The notes under the pieces: model-generated
What the model was told of the DNA's origin: nothing
Database searches by the model: none
Seen by the model: the letters and a program-made list of their open reading frames with translations, nothing else
Translations under genes and position numbers: made by a program
Source of the DNA: an uncultured virus (IMG/VR IMGVR_UViG_3300042477_000802)
Taxonomy: Duplodnaviria; Heunggongvirae; Uroviricota; Caudoviricetes
IMG/VR virus record: IMGVR_UViG_3300042477_000802
Coordinates: 1 to 64,000 of that record
Direction: 5' to 3' (one strand)
DNA: 64,000 bases
Shown: in pieces, positions 9,188 to 18,768 of the stretch
Layout: each line of letters starts with the position of its first letter
Position numbering within the stretch: position 1 is the stretch's first letter

Positions 9188-9730
9188 TCACTTATTTTTC
9201 AGTGATAAGTGTAATTGTTTACTGGCTAACGCATAATTAGTATAATTACTATTATCCGTCACTTCTTGAACCAAAGTTAAGAATGGAGGGAAACGAATTG
9301 GGTCAGATTTATTAGATAATTCTATCTCTAAAATTGCTAGACCTTTTAATGGTACTTTAAAAATATCTAACTCAAATATCTGATCTTTATATCTAAAAAG
9401 AAACCTAGTTTTATCGATAGATACTTTTTCTGGATGGGCTTGAGTTAAATATTTCTGATATTGGGATAATGAAATCTCTTTTTCTAACTCTTGATGCACG
9501 CCAGTTGCAACTGGCTTTTTTTGATTAAAATGATAAACTGTTTTCTTGTTGTCAGCTAATCCAGCAACCGTTTTTCTGACTCGACCAGATTGTTCTTCGC
9601 CTTTTGGCTTTAAGTAAGTTTGGCAAATTCTTTTAATATCTATTAATCCTTCTAACATAGATGCCAAAGCAGTCCAAGAGGAAGGAAATTTCACTATAAA
9701 TCTTCTCTCTATTTCTAATTTTTTTGACAT
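9188..9730 (-). CDS. CYTH / triphosphate tunnel metalloenzyme
   Basis: EIERRF, QTYL, RVRK, K.R, ELD, LEIEL motifs. Confidence 0.85.
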   Translation of the reverse strand: MSKKLEIERRFIVKFPSSWTALASMLEGLIDIKRICQTYLKPKGEEQSGRVRKTVAGLADNKKTVYHFNQKKPVATGVHQELEKEISLSQYQKYLTQAHPEKVSIDKTRFLFRYKDQIFELDIFKVPLKGLAILEIELSNKSDPIRFPPFLTLVQEVTDNSNYTNYALASKQLHLSLKNK

Positions 9731-9886
9731 ATTATATTGCTAATTAATTGATATCGCTAGCCAACTTTTCCAAGCCTAACCAGGTGCCACCATCGTAATA
9801 AATACGATGGCCCATCTTAAAAAATACGCGAGCCGTGGCACGAGCCACGGACCGTTAACCGGTGGCGGTAATTTTATAAGTTACTG

Positions 9887-10222
9887 TTAGCTCTTGCCTT
9901 TATGATTAGTTGGACTAAAATTAGTAATAATCTCAAACTTAATAGAAGGGGTAGTGGATAAATGATTGCCTAATTGGCAGGATTTACCTTTATGTAAACC
10001 AGAATTATTCTGCCAAAAGTTTAAATATACGGATTTATCTTGTTCAGATTTGAACTTAAGAATAGTAGCTTGAGCCTGTTTGCCGTCGGCAGATTGAACT
10101 CCAGCATATTTAATGGTTGATTCGTTAGCACATTCGGGGCACTCATTAATTTTGCCTCCTGCTAATTTTTTGGCAGGTGAATGTAACTCAAATTCATCGT
10201 GACAGTGAATACAGATTTGCAT
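9887..10222 (-). CDS. hypothetical Zn-finger protein
   Basis: CIHC...CPEC. Confidence 0.65.
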   Translation of the reverse strand: MQICIHCHDEFELHSPAKKLAGGKINECPECANESTIKYAGVQSADGKQAQATILKFKSEQDKSVYLNFWQNNSGLHKGKSCQLGNHLSTTPSIKFEIITNFSPTNHKGKS

Positions 10223-10243
10223 AAATTTTACCTGGAAATAAAA

Positions 10244-10582
10244 ATGAAATTATTTAAATTAAATAATATGACTCGTGGATGGATGGTGGGGCAATTTGAG
10301 CCCCATGTATATCAAAAGGATTATGAATTAGGATTCAAATATTATCAACAAGGGGATTATGAACAATCCCATTGCCATTTAAAAAGCGAAGAAGTGACTA
10401 TTATCTTATTAGGATCCGTCAAGATGAATGACAATATTTACCAGGAGGGCGATATTGTCGTTCAAGAACAAGGCGAATATACTGATTTTGAATGCCTATC
10501 TGAGAGAGCAATTACTGCGGTGTATCGACCTGATGGTTCTTTTCCTCAAGACAAATATGTTAGAGATAACTCCACCGCTTAA
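10244..10582 (+). CDS. cupin-fold protein
   Basis: GWMVGQFEP, H.H...E...G.V cupin motif. Confidence 0.7.
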   Translation: MKLFKLNNMTRGWMVGQFEPHVYQKDYELGFKYYQQGDYEQSHCHLKSEEVTIILLGSVKMNDNIYQEGDIVVQEQGEYTDFECLSERAITAVYRPDGSFPQDKYVRDNSTA

Positions 10583-10585
10583 AAT

Positions 10586-10613
10586 ATAATAACACCGATC
10601 TGGCCCGTGTCAA
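10586..10613 (-). promoter_or_regulatory. sigma70-like promoter
   Basis: TTGACA-N16-TATTAT; similar sites near 15435-15462, 25766-25793, 29731-29758 and 38719-38746. Confidence 0.55.
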
Positions 10614-10645
10614 GGTCGGCTATTTTATAAAATAAATTTTAAAAA

Positions 10646-10963
10646 TTACCATAAAGCTTTTAGCTTAACTACTCTCAAATATTCTTCTTCTGAATATTCT
10701 TTATTTTGAAGGTACCATCTTTTAGTACCATTAGCTAATTCTACCGCTGGACCATTTTCTCGATGACATCGATCATGAAGATACCAATATTTATCTCCAT
10801 TAGAACATTCTATTGCGGGACCATTCTCTCGATGGCGTTGACCATGAAGCAACCAAAATTTATCTCCATTATAGAATTCTATCGCTGGACCATCTTCTCG
10901 ATGAAGATTTCCATTACAATAATATTTTTTCTTGCCATTGTTATCTGTTTTAATTTCTTGCAT
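10646..10963 (-). CDS. HREDGPA-repeat family protein (cluster C)
   Basis: 3 repeats, conserved termini. Confidence 0.9.
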   Translation of the reverse strand: MQEIKTDNNGKKKYYCNGNLHREDGPAIEFYNGDKFWLLHGQRHRENGPAIECSNGDKYWYLHDRCHRENGPAVELANGTKRWYLQNKEYSEEEYLRVVKLKALW

Positions 10964-10966
10964 ATT

Positions 10967-11284
10967 TCACCACAAAGCTTTCAACTTAACTAATCGCCAA
11001 TATTCTTCTTCTGTATATTTTTTACCTTGAAGGAACCACGCTTTATAGCCATCAACATGATCTGCTGCTGGGCCATCTTCTCGATGACATTTGCCATGAA
11101 ACCACCATTCTTTACTACCATTACCATATTCTACTGCCGGGCCATCGTCTCGATGAAGACGACCATGACGATACCAATATTTATTTCCATTAGCATATTC
11201 TACGGCTGGACCAGCTTCTCGATGGAGTTGACCATTATAAGAATAAAATTTATTACCATATTTATCTGTTGTAATTTTTTCCAT
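10967..11284 (-). CDS. HREDGPA-repeat family protein (cluster C)
   Basis: 3 repeats, conserved tail. Confidence 0.9.
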   Translation of the reverse strand: MEKITTDKYGNKFYSYNGQLHREAGPAVEYANGNKYWYRHGRLHRDDGPAVEYGNGSKEWWFHGKCHREDGPAADHVDGYKAWFLQGKKYTEEEYWRLVKLKALW

Positions 11285-11325
11285 ACTTCACCATAAAAAT
11301 TTAAGCTTTACTGTTCGCCAATCTA

Positions 11326-12297
11326 TCAACCGGGCCAAGGATACGAAAGAATAACTTCTAATTTAGCCAGCATATCACTATTCAAATCTTTTGGCAATTC
11401 AGCATAATAAATGCCCGGCCAACAACCCGTCGTTTTCTCTAAAAGATTTGCCATATGACGTAAAGAATCAATAGTTCTTTTTCTCAATTCATCATGTCCT
11501 AAAGTTTGAACTAAATTCCTAAATTTATCTTCCTTATTTGCATGAGCTAATTTTTGTGATTTACACAATTGTAGCCAAAAAACTAATTCTTTATCATTAG
11601 AAAGCTCTGCTTTCTCTATCAGAAAATTTAATTGATTAAATCCAGACTCTTCTTTAGAGACATATGGAGTCTCCGAACTTTCCTTTACCTCTTGAAAGTG
11701 ATCAAGTAATTTTGATATGTCTTGTGACGAGCGTCCTCGTCTAGCATATTCTTCTCTAATTTTTAGATAAAAATTTTGATAAGTAGATATTTTAGATCGA
11801 TAAGGAGCGGTTAAATTAATCATCATATACATGGTACCAGTATCTACTAGAGATAGATCTAAGTCTGAGAAAAGAGAATTAATAGCTGAAAAATTCTTTT
11901 GCTCCAACAATTTGGAGATAAAAAAATATGCTTGGTCAGCGCCTCCTTCTTTTAAATTAAGACATTGATAATATAAATTATTTAAAAATTCTTTTGACAT
12001 GTTATTACCTAATTTGCCATATTCTTCTTCTGTATATTCTTTACCATGAAGAAAAAATTTACCTTCATGATCTATAGCCGGACCATTTGTTCGATGTAAT
12101 TTTCCATGAAAATACCACCATTCTTTATGGCCACTGGCTAACTCTATTGCTGGCCCATCCACTCGATGATATTTACCATGAAAAAACCACTCTTTATCTC
12201 CATTAACAAATTCTATCGCAGGGCCATCTTCTCGATGTAACTTATCATTCCAATAATAATATTTATTTCCACCTTGATCTATCTTAATTTCTTGCAT
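11326..12297 (-). CDS. chimeric protein: HREDGPA repeats fused to an unrelated helical domain
   Basis: Repeats up to YTEEEY, then ~225 aa of unrelated sequence; displaced tail WRTVKLKFLW* at 11288-11320. Confidence 0.8.
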   Translation of the reverse strand: MQEIKIDQGGNKYYYWNDKLHREDGPAIEFVNGDKEWFFHGKYHRVDGPAIELASGHKEWWYFHGKLHRTNGPAIDHEGKFFLHGKEYTEEEYGKLGNNMSKEFLNNLYYQCLNLKEGGADQAYFFISKLLEQKNFSAINSLFSDLDLSLVDTGTMYMMINLTAPYRSKISTYQNFYLKIREEYARRGRSSQDISKLLDHFQEVKESSETPYVSKEESGFNQLNFLIEKAELSNDKELVFWLQLCKSQKLAHANKEDKFRNLVQTLGHDELRKRTIDSLRHMANLLEKTTGCWPGIYYAELPKDLNSDMLAKLEVILSYPWPG

Positions 12298-12300
12298 ATT

Positions 12301-12684
12301 TCACCACAAAGCTTGTAATTTAACTACTCGCCAAAACTCTTCTTTAGAATATTGTTTACCTTGAAGATACCACCTTTTAGTGCCATTAGCTAATTCTACA
12401 GCTGAGCCATCTTCTCGATGATAAATACCATTAATAAGCCATATTTTAGTTCCACCAATATTATCTACGGCTGGACCGTCTTCTCGATGACGTTGGTCAT
12501 GAATCCACCACTCTGTATCTCCATTAATTCGCTCTATGGCTGGACCATCTGTTCGATGTAGTTGACCATGAAGATACCAAGATTTATCTCCATTAGCCCA
12601 TTCTACTGCAGGCCCGTCTTCTCGATGATAAACTCCATCGACCATCCAAAAAATATCTCCCTCATCATTTGTATACTTTACCAT
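12301..12684 (-). CDS. HREDGPA-repeat family protein (cluster C)
   Basis: 4 repeats; MVK start overlaps the previous stop. Confidence 0.88.
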   Translation of the reverse strand: MVKYTNDEGDIFWMVDGVYHREDGPAVEWANGDKSWYLHGQLHRTDGPAIERINGDTEWWIHDQRHREDGPAVDNIGGTKIWLINGIYHREDGSAVELANGTKRWYLQGKQYSKEEFWRVVKLQALW

Positions 12685-13064
12685 AAAGCTTTTAACTTAA
12701 CTACTCGCCAATAGTCTTCTTCTGAATATTTCTTTTCTTGCAACCAATATTCTTTAATTCCATCAGCATATTCTATGGCCGGGCCATCTTCTCGATGGAT
12801 TTCACCATGAAGAAACCAATATTTCGTTCCATTAGCGCGCTCTACTGCCGGTCCATCTTCCCGATGGAGTTTACCGTAAACCCACCATTCTTTAATAGAA
12901 TTATAAGTAAATTTTACTGCGGGACCATCTGTTCGATGCAGTTTGCCATGAAGATACCATTCTGTACTTCCGTCATTATTCTCTATAGCTGGACCATCTT
13001 CTCGATGTAATCGACCATTAAAGAAATAATGTTTACCATATTTATTTGTTTTTATTTCTTGCAT
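12678..13064 (-). CDS. HREDGPA-repeat family protein (cluster C)
   Basis: 4 repeats. Confidence 0.9.
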   Translation of the reverse strand: MQEIKTNKYGKHYFFNGRLHREDGPAIENNDGSTEWYLHGKLHRTDGPAVKFTYNSIKEWWVYGKLHREDGPAVERANGTKYWFLHGEIHREDGPAIEYADGIKEYWLQEKKYSEEDYWRVVKLKALW

Positions 13065-13067
13065 ACT

Positions 13068-13382
13068 TTACCATAAAGCTTTTAATTTAACTATTCTCCA
13101 ATAGTCTTTTTCGGTATATTCTTTACCTTGAAGAAACCAATATTTGTTTCCAACAACCCATTCTATGGCAGGACCATCTTCTCGATGTAATTGACCGTGA
13201 AGATACCATTCTTTATTTCCATTAACCCATTCTAATGCTGGACCATTTGTTCGATGTAGTTTACCATGTAAACGCCATTCTTTATATCCACTAGGTTCTT
13301 CTAACGCCGGCCCATCTTCTCGATGTAAGTTCCCATTATAACAATAATATTTACCCCATTTATTTTCTTTAATTTCTTGCAT
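13068..13382 (-). CDS. HREDGPA-repeat family protein (cluster C)
   Basis: 3 repeats. Confidence 0.9.
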   Translation of the reverse strand: MQEIKENKWGKYYCYNGNLHREDGPALEEPSGYKEWRLHGKLHRTNGPALEWVNGNKEWYLHGQLHREDGPAIEWVVGNKYWFLQGKEYTEKDYWRIVKLKALW

Positions 13383-13386
13383 AACT

Positions 13387-13737
13387 TTACCATAAAGTTT
13401 TCAACTTAACTAGTCTCCAATATTTTTTTTCTGAAGAAATTTTATTATCTTGTATAAACCATGATTTTCCGCCATCAGGCCATTCAATAGCGGGGCCATC
13501 TGATCGATGAAGTTGACCATAAAGATACCAACATTTAACTCCATTAGCGTATACTACTGCAGGTCCATCTTCTCGATGAAGATGGCCATGAAGACACCAA
13601 TGTTTTTCTCCACTGCTAAATTCTCTCGCCGGACCATCTTCTCGATGAACAAGATTATTCGCATAATATTCTTTAATTAGAATACCATTATAAAGGCTCC
13701 ACCTATATATTCTGATCCATTTATTGTTCATGGTCAA
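13387..13737 (-). CDS. HREDGPA-repeat family protein (cluster C)
   Basis: 3 repeats, KLKTLW tail. Confidence 0.88.
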   Translation of the reverse strand: MTMNNKWIRIYRWSLYNGILIKEYYANNLVHREDGPAREFSSGEKHWCLHGHLHREDGPAVVYANGVKCWYLYGQLHRSDGPAIEWPDGGKSWFIQDNKISSEKKYWRLVKLKTLW

Positions 13738-14773
13738 TTACATTTCTTTTATTACTATCTCTTTTCAAAAAAGCCACATAACTCTCTTTAAGAGAGAATT
13801 TCTCCGCAATTTGCCGATGAGTTAAATGCTCAAACAAAGAGTCAATCTCTTGAATCAAGGATTCGCTAACCATTTTAGGCTTCCTAAACCCGTTAAAATT
13901 TTTAGCCCTCTCTACGGGATACAGGGTTTTTAATTGTTGATAATAACCAATTTTTCTTAATCTAGAAACTAATCCCCAAGCCGACACATTCAAATGCTGA
14001 GCCGTCAACTTAAACGATCCGTGATAAGAACAAACTAAATTAAATAATTCCTGATCACCTGGCCAATCTTTAATAGGCAACTTATTAAAACTTAATAACT
14101 TGTCTGGCGACCAACGAGACTCATAATGGTTAATAATTTCAAAAGCTTGAGCCTTCTTTCTATCTAAACTAAAACAATCTGGTTGATAATAAATATGTTT
14201 TAATAATTTATATGCATTCAAATTTACGATAGATAGCCTATACATTTGAGTAGTAGAACTAGCTGCTTGACCATTAATAGTGGTAGTAATCCAAGGCGTT
14301 TCCTTGAGAGAAAGAGTAAAACCTAAAGTTGAATTAAGATAATCTTTGACTCCATTAATTAAATGGAAGGATGCCGAGTCAAATCTAATCATCGGAGATT
14401 TGTAAAATCCAATGCTTCCATCTCCATCTAATAACCCTCGAATCAAATCTGGATAATATTTTTCTGGTATAGTTGGAAACTTGACTATTTTAGTTTTATT
14501 CGGGACGCAACCATAAGAGACTAACCACTCAGCAATCGCTTGGCAATTAAAACTTAATTTAAAACAATTAGAATTTTTAATTTTGACTAGCGATTTAGTA
14601 GGGCATACTAACTTAGCAATAGCGTGCAATAAGGACACATCAATTGATTTGATGGAAACCTCATATCCATGCTTCAGATATACATTACCATCCGTAATGT
14701 ACAATCCCAAAAAATAAAAGGATAAAGCTGTTTCATCGGTAAAAATATTAGGATAATAGGTATATCTCATCAT
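13721..14773 (-). CDS. LAGLIDADG homing endonuclease
   Basis: YFLGLYITDGNV and LIRGLLDGDGSI motifs, PNKT, LDRK. Confidence 0.88.
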   Translation of the reverse strand: MMRYTYYPNIFTDETALSFYFLGLYITDGNVYLKHGYEVSIKSIDVSLLHAIAKLVCPTKSLVKIKNSNCFKLSFNCQAIAEWLVSYGCVPNKTKIVKFPTIPEKYYPDLIRGLLDGDGSIGFYKSPMIRFDSASFHLINGVKDYLNSTLGFTLSLKETPWITTTINGQAASSTTQMYRLSIVNLNAYKLLKHIYYQPDCFSLDRKKAQAFEIINHYESRWSPDKLLSFNKLPIKDWPGDQELFNLVCSYHGSFKLTAQHLNVSAWGLVSRLRKIGYYQQLKTLYPVERAKNFNGFRKPKMVSESLIQEIDSLFEHLTHRQIAEKFSLKESYVAFLKRDSNKRNVIDHEQ

Positions 14774-14784
14774 GAGATGCTATA

Positions 14785-15309
14785 TCACTGATATTTTTTC
14801 TTATAATATTCAGATGAGAGGAAAGGTTGTTGGGGAAGTTTGCGGATGAGTCGGAGCTGGAGCTGTCTGCTATAACGCCCCGCACACAGCCTGCTACAAA
14901 ATGGCCCAGCTCGCTTCTTCTTCGCCTTATCCCTCAACAACCTGGGACTTCTCTCAAATTCCTTATCACACAAGGCGCACTTCAATTTAACCAATTTCAC
15001 CCGACGAGTATCATCTGCCGAATGCTGATCCCGAGGAACCAATCTTAAATTCGATAAATCATTATTTAAATAATTGGAATCCCAATGATCTACGGTTTCT
15101 AAATCGGGGTCTAAAGTTCGACCTAAATGTTCTTCCATTAAGAATTTAGGATAGCTAACAGTTCTCCGAGAACCGTCTTCTTCTACGACAATGACAATTT
15201 GTCGACCATCTAAACGATGGTACGGGCCATACACTTTACTAGCTTGGGCTAATAAATAATAGCTATCAATCTCTTCTAGCAGGGCTCCATATTTAGATAA
15301 ATTGCTCAT
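14785..15309 (-). CDS. HNH endonuclease with Zn finger
   Basis: MEEHLGR.L...ETVDH.D.N..NN..SNL; CALC...FCSRLC; ATG start at 15309 preferred. Confidence 0.8.
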   Translation of the reverse strand: MSNLSKYGALLEEIDSYYLLAQASKVYGPYHRLDGRQIVIVVEEDGSRRTVSYPKFLMEEHLGRTLDPDLETVDHWDSNYLNNDLSNLRLVPRDQHSADDTRRVKLVKLKCALCDKEFERSPRLLRDKAKKKRAGPFCSRLCAGRYSRQLQLRLIRKLPQQPFLSSEYYKKKYQ

Positions 15310-15345
15310 GCCTATATATGGCAAACTATTAGTTAGTCGGCGCCC

Positions 15346-15365
15346 GTCTCCACGTATGGAGCAAT
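15346..15365 (-). repeat. solitary Cas12j(CasPhi)-like repeat hairpin, copy 2
   Basis: minus strand ATTG-CTCCA-TACG-TGGAG-AC. Confidence 0.65.
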
Positions 15366-15377
15366 TAGAACTTATGT

Positions 15378-15467
15378 CAGACAACGGGTCCTCTCAGAGA
15401 TCTAGTCAGACAGGATAATTTCCCAGAGTGGTATAATATAACCTCAAAGTAAAGATTGTCAAGGGCT
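15378..15467 (-). pseudogene. decayed duplicate of the promoter plus 5' half of tRNA-Tyr
   Basis: Near-copy of 25675-25729 and 25763-25799; stops within the anticodon loop; no 3' half found. Confidence 0.75.
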
Positions 15468-15481
15468 AAACTAATCCCCAA

Positions 15482-16183
15482 TTATTTAGATTTTTTATCT
15501 GCTGCATCCATTTGCTTGCAAATTTTGTTGGCCCAAGATCTCCCCGGATCACCTCCCCAGATCAGCCAAGCAATATAACCTTTATCTTGAGTTAAAGGTT
15601 TTCCATCGCTGGCGCCTTTATTCTTTTCGTGTCGATCAAAAAAAGATTTCATTCGACGAACGGTGGAAGGACTTAAAGTTTGTCTATTTTTCAGCGACAC
15701 TGCTCTAGCTACACCAGAACCAATTCCTTGGGCTCCAGCTTGCTGGGTACTTAAACCGCCTTTTCCTTTATTTTTCTTACGTAATTCTAAACCACGAGCA
15801 GCGGCATTAGCCACGGCTTCAGAGGGTTTGAAATCAATATGGTCATATTTCCCGGCGGCATATTTAACTAAATCATGCAATTGATAAGCATTCTTTTCTG
15901 TTTCTCCATGGGAGGACTTTTCTGCTCTGACATAATTTAGAATTTTAGTCACATTAAATTTAGCTAATGCAATAAATTCATCGGCCCATTGAGGTAAATC
16001 ATCTTGATCATTTAATAATTCTAATAATTCATTTGCGTCTTTAACGATATTTTTTAAATTATTAAAAGCCATATAAGAGACCGGAGAAACTCCTTCATGC
16101 TCTTCTAAGACGGTATCTGGATTAATTTTGGCTAATTTATCTTCAATGTGTTGGGCTAACTTAAATAATTTACTGGTACTCAT
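15482..16183 (-). CDS. conserved phage protein (possibly virion-associated)
   Basis: C-terminal AARGLELR...GVARA...RMKSFFDRHE...IAWLIWGGD domain that I recognise from phage proteins. Confidence 0.65.
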   Translation of the reverse strand: MSTSKLFKLAQHIEDKLAKINPDTVLEEHEGVSPVSYMAFNNLKNIVKDANELLELLNDQDDLPQWADEFIALAKFNVTKILNYVRAEKSSHGETEKNAYQLHDLVKYAAGKYDHIDFKPSEAVANAAARGLELRKKNKGKGGLSTQQAGAQGIGSGVARAVSLKNRQTLSPSTVRRMKSFFDRHEKNKGASDGKPLTQDKGYIAWLIWGGDPGRSWANKICKQMDAADKKSK

Positions 16184-16212
16184 GTAAAATATGAGTAACT
16201 ATTAATAGATAG

Positions 16213-16286
16213 TGGTTCGGGTTTAGAGAATCGAACTCCAATTCGAGGATTCAAAGTCCTCTGTCCTACCGTTGAACGAAACCCGA
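16213..16286 (-). tRNA. tRNA-Gln(UUG)
   Basis: Cloverleaf; GAGGA-CT-TTG-AA-TCCTC; TTCGATT loop; CCA encoded. Confidence 0.92.
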
Positions 16287-16338
16287 ATAAAGTAACAATC
16301 TTAATATAACACGCGACTAATGTTAATATTTCAAAAAA

Positions 16339-16794
16339 TTACCATAAAGCTTTAAGTTTAATCATTTGCCAATATTCTTGTTCTGAATATCTTTTATCTT
16401 GAAGAAACCAATACTTATTTCCATTAGTGCCTTCTACTGCTGGTCCATCTTCTCGATGGAATTTACCATGACGGTACCACTCTTTATGGCCATTAGCATT
16501 TTCTAATGCTGGACCATCAACTCGATGTAGTTTGTCATGAAGATACCAATGTTTAGATCCATGAGCATATTCTACTGCCGGACCATCTTCTCGATGACGT
16601 TGACCATGAAGATACCATTCTTTACTTCCATCAGAATATTCTACCGCTGGACCGTCTTCTCGATGTTGTTGGTCATTAATAAACCAATATTTTTCCCCAT
16701 TAATAGACTCTATTGCCGGACCGTCTTCTCGATGCAATTTACCATTGCAATAATATCTTTTAGTTCCGTCTTTATCAACCTTAATTTCTTGCAT
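16339..16794 (-). CDS. HREDGPA-repeat family protein (cluster D)
   Basis: 5 repeats. Confidence 0.9.
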   Translation of the reverse strand: MQEIKVDKDGTKRYYCNGKLHREDGPAIESINGEKYWFINDQQHREDGPAVEYSDGSKEWYLHGQRHREDGPAVEYAHGSKHWYLHDKLHRVDGPALENANGHKEWYRHGKFHREDGPAVEGTNGNKYWFLQDKRYSEQEYWQMIKLKALW

Positions 16795-16797
16795 ACT

Positions 16798-17112
16798 TTA
16801 CCACAAAGCTTTCAACTTAACTAATCGCCAATAAGATTCTTCTAAGTAGAATTTCCCATGCAGATAAAATGCTTTGGCGCCATTTTGTTGTTCAATCGCT
16901 GGCCCATCTTCTCGATGGAGCTGCCCCTGATAATACCATAATTTATGTGTTTTTTTAACAATTGCCGGCCCGTCCTCTCTATGAGGTAGACCATACATCC
17001 AATATTCTTGTTCTCCATTGTAATATTCTACCGCTGGACCATCTTCTCGGTGTGGCTGATTATTCCAATAATAATATTGGGATCCATTTTTCTCTGTTAT
17101 AATTTTTTGCAT
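16798..17112 (-). CDS. HREDGPA-repeat family protein (cluster D)
   Basis: 3 repeats. Confidence 0.9.
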   Translation of the reverse strand: MQKIITEKNGSQYYYWNNQPHREDGPAVEYYNGEQEYWMYGLPHREDGPAIVKKTHKLWYYQGQLHREDGPAIEQQNGAKAFYLHGKFYLEESYWRLVKLKALW

Positions 17113-17116
17113 TATG

Positions 17117-17278
17117 TTACCAGAAAGCTTTTAATTTAACTAAACGCCAATATATTTTTTCAGAATAATTTTTACCTTGAAGGTACCAATATTTACGATC
17201 TTTATAGCAGAAAGCCAACCACTTTAGTGGTTGGACCATTAGCAAATTCTATGGCAGATCCATTCTCTCGATGGAGTT
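17117..17278 (-). pseudogene. truncated HREDGPA gene interrupted by an IS-end remnant
   Basis: LHRENGSAIEFANG / KYWYLQGKNYSEKIYWRLVKLKAFW* around a ~40-nt insert. Confidence 0.75.
17197..17235 (+). mobile_element. IS200/IS605 left-end remnant
   Basis: GATCTTTA...CCAACCAC-TTTA-GTGGTTGG hairpin; same GATCTTTA start as the left end of the 2886-4154 element. Confidence 0.6.
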
Positions 17279-17280
17279 AT

Positions 17281-17694
17281 TCAATTGACAGTAGCAAAAG
17301 CATATTTTATTTTGCCAGTAAAGGTAACATATACGCATCCTTTTAAGGATGCTCCGTCATCTACCGCAGTATTCATAAAAGTAAAGACCAATAAATTATC
17401 TATTTTATCACTGGCTTTTATTTCTCGAAGATCCCAATACTCTGACTTATGAGCTTCCGTTTGTAAGAAATTAGCTTTATCAACATCTGTTTCTAACAAT
17501 TTAGCATAATTGTTATGTGGAGCAATATTAATAATTTGCTCGGCTAATTTAGCCGCATTAGCTGCTACATTGGCAGATAATTTATTAGTTAAATCCTCAA
17601 TGGTAATTCCTAATACTTCTTGTATAATAGAAGAGATATCTTCCTTTTTTGTTTCCGCCCCTAATCCTAAATCTGAAAAATTTTCAATAGCCAT
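17281..17694 (-). CDS. hypothetical protein
   Basis: ORF track. Confidence 0.7.
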   Translation of the reverse strand: MAIENFSDLGLGAETKKEDISSIIQEVLGITIEDLTNKLSANVAANAAKLAEQIINIAPHNNYAKLLETDVDKANFLQTEAHKSEYWDLREIKASDKIDNLLVFTFMNTAVDDGASLKGCVYVTFTGKIKYAFATVN

Positions 17695-17717
17695 ACTTAC
17701 CTGTTAATTATCCTTAA

Positions 17718-18308
17718 TTATTTAACTAAATCTTTATTGAGAGACCACATCGGGAATAACCATTGCTTGCTAAATGTGCATGCCTCGTGCGGCTGCATAT
17801 TATGCAAAAAACCATCTCCTAATTTTTCTCGACCCAAATTAATTCGATAAATATATTGCTTCGCATAAGCCGGAATAGTCCAGCCCATAAGAAAATATTC
17901 TGGCATTTTACCAGTCACTAATACTAATGGAACTTTATTTTGGTCCTTTTTCATAATCATTAATCCATCTTCTGGATCATTGATATGACGAACATTGACT
18001 TGACCTACATCGGGATAAGAATGAAATTCATTAGGTTGAGTTACCCGAGCAGTACCACCGCCCCATTCTTGAACGGCAAATTCTGCGCCTTTGGATTCCG
18101 TCGTACAGAACAAACTTTGTTCTCTAGAATTTTGAAAAGCATGATCATATAATTCATTATCTCGAGAGTCATCTTCTTGAATTTTAGCTAAACGGAAAGA
18201 TTCTTGTTGCTTCTTGTCTGGAATAATAACTTTAATCCAATCACTTTCTTGGGTGAGAATTAATTCTTTGATTCCTAAACGAGAAAATAATTCTTTATTT
18301 ATATTCAT
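17718..18308 (-). CDS. hypothetical protein, possible PD-(D/E)XK-like fold
   Basis: GAEFAV...PDVG..NVR pattern; weak. Confidence 0.55.
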   Translation of the reverse strand: MNINKELFSRLGIKELILTQESDWIKVIIPDKKQQESFRLAKIQEDDSRDNELYDHAFQNSREQSLFCTTESKGAEFAVQEWGGGTARVTQPNEFHSYPDVGQVNVRHINDPEDGLMIMKKDQNKVPLVLVTGKMPEYFLMGWTIPAYAKQYIYRINLGREKLGDGFLHNMQPHEACTFSKQWLFPMWSLNKDLVK

Positions 18309-18309
18309 A

Positions 18310-18765
18310 TTAATACCACAAAGCTTTTAATTTAACTACTCGCCAATATTCTTTCTCTGAATATTTTTTACCTTGAAGGTACCACGCTTTATATCCATCA
18401 GTATGATCTGCTGCAGGTCCATCTTCTCGATGCCGTTTTCCCTGAAGCCACCAATCTTTACTTCCATCGGCATATTCTATAGCTGGTCCGTTTTCTCGAT
18501 GACATCGACCGTGGATCCACCACCCTTTATATCCATTAACCTTTTCTACTGCTGAACCATCTTCTCGATGAAGAAGGCTATGACGATACCAAAATTTACT
18601 TCCATTAGAAAATTCTACTGCTGGACCATCTTCTCGATGACGCTGACCATGAAGCCACCATTCTTTATCTCCCTCATAATCTTCTACTGCCGGACCATCT
18701 TCTCGGTGCAACTGATTATTCCAGTAATAATATATACCAAATTGATCTGTTTCTATTTCTTGCAT
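18310..18765 (-). CDS. HREDGPA-repeat family protein (cluster E)
   Basis: 5 repeats; tail KLKALWY. Confidence 0.9.
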   Translation of the reverse strand: MQEIETDQFGIYYYWNNQLHREDGPAVEDYEGDKEWWLHGQRHREDGPAVEFSNGSKFWYRHSLLHREDGSAVEKVNGYKGWWIHGRCHRENGPAIEYADGSKDWWLQGKRHREDGPAADHTDGYKAWYLQGKKYSEKEYWRVVKLKALWY

Positions 18766-18768
18766 ACT

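Noticed and set aside
15326..15345. Candidate guide matching the promoter motif (CGACTAA) or 23085-23095
   Set aside because: Only 7-10 nt partial matches without a suitable PAM
13721..15414. Group I intron in tRNA-Tyr carrying HNH and LAGLIDADG genes
   Set aside because: No 3' tRNA exon and no intron core found; the 5' half shows non-compensatory decay
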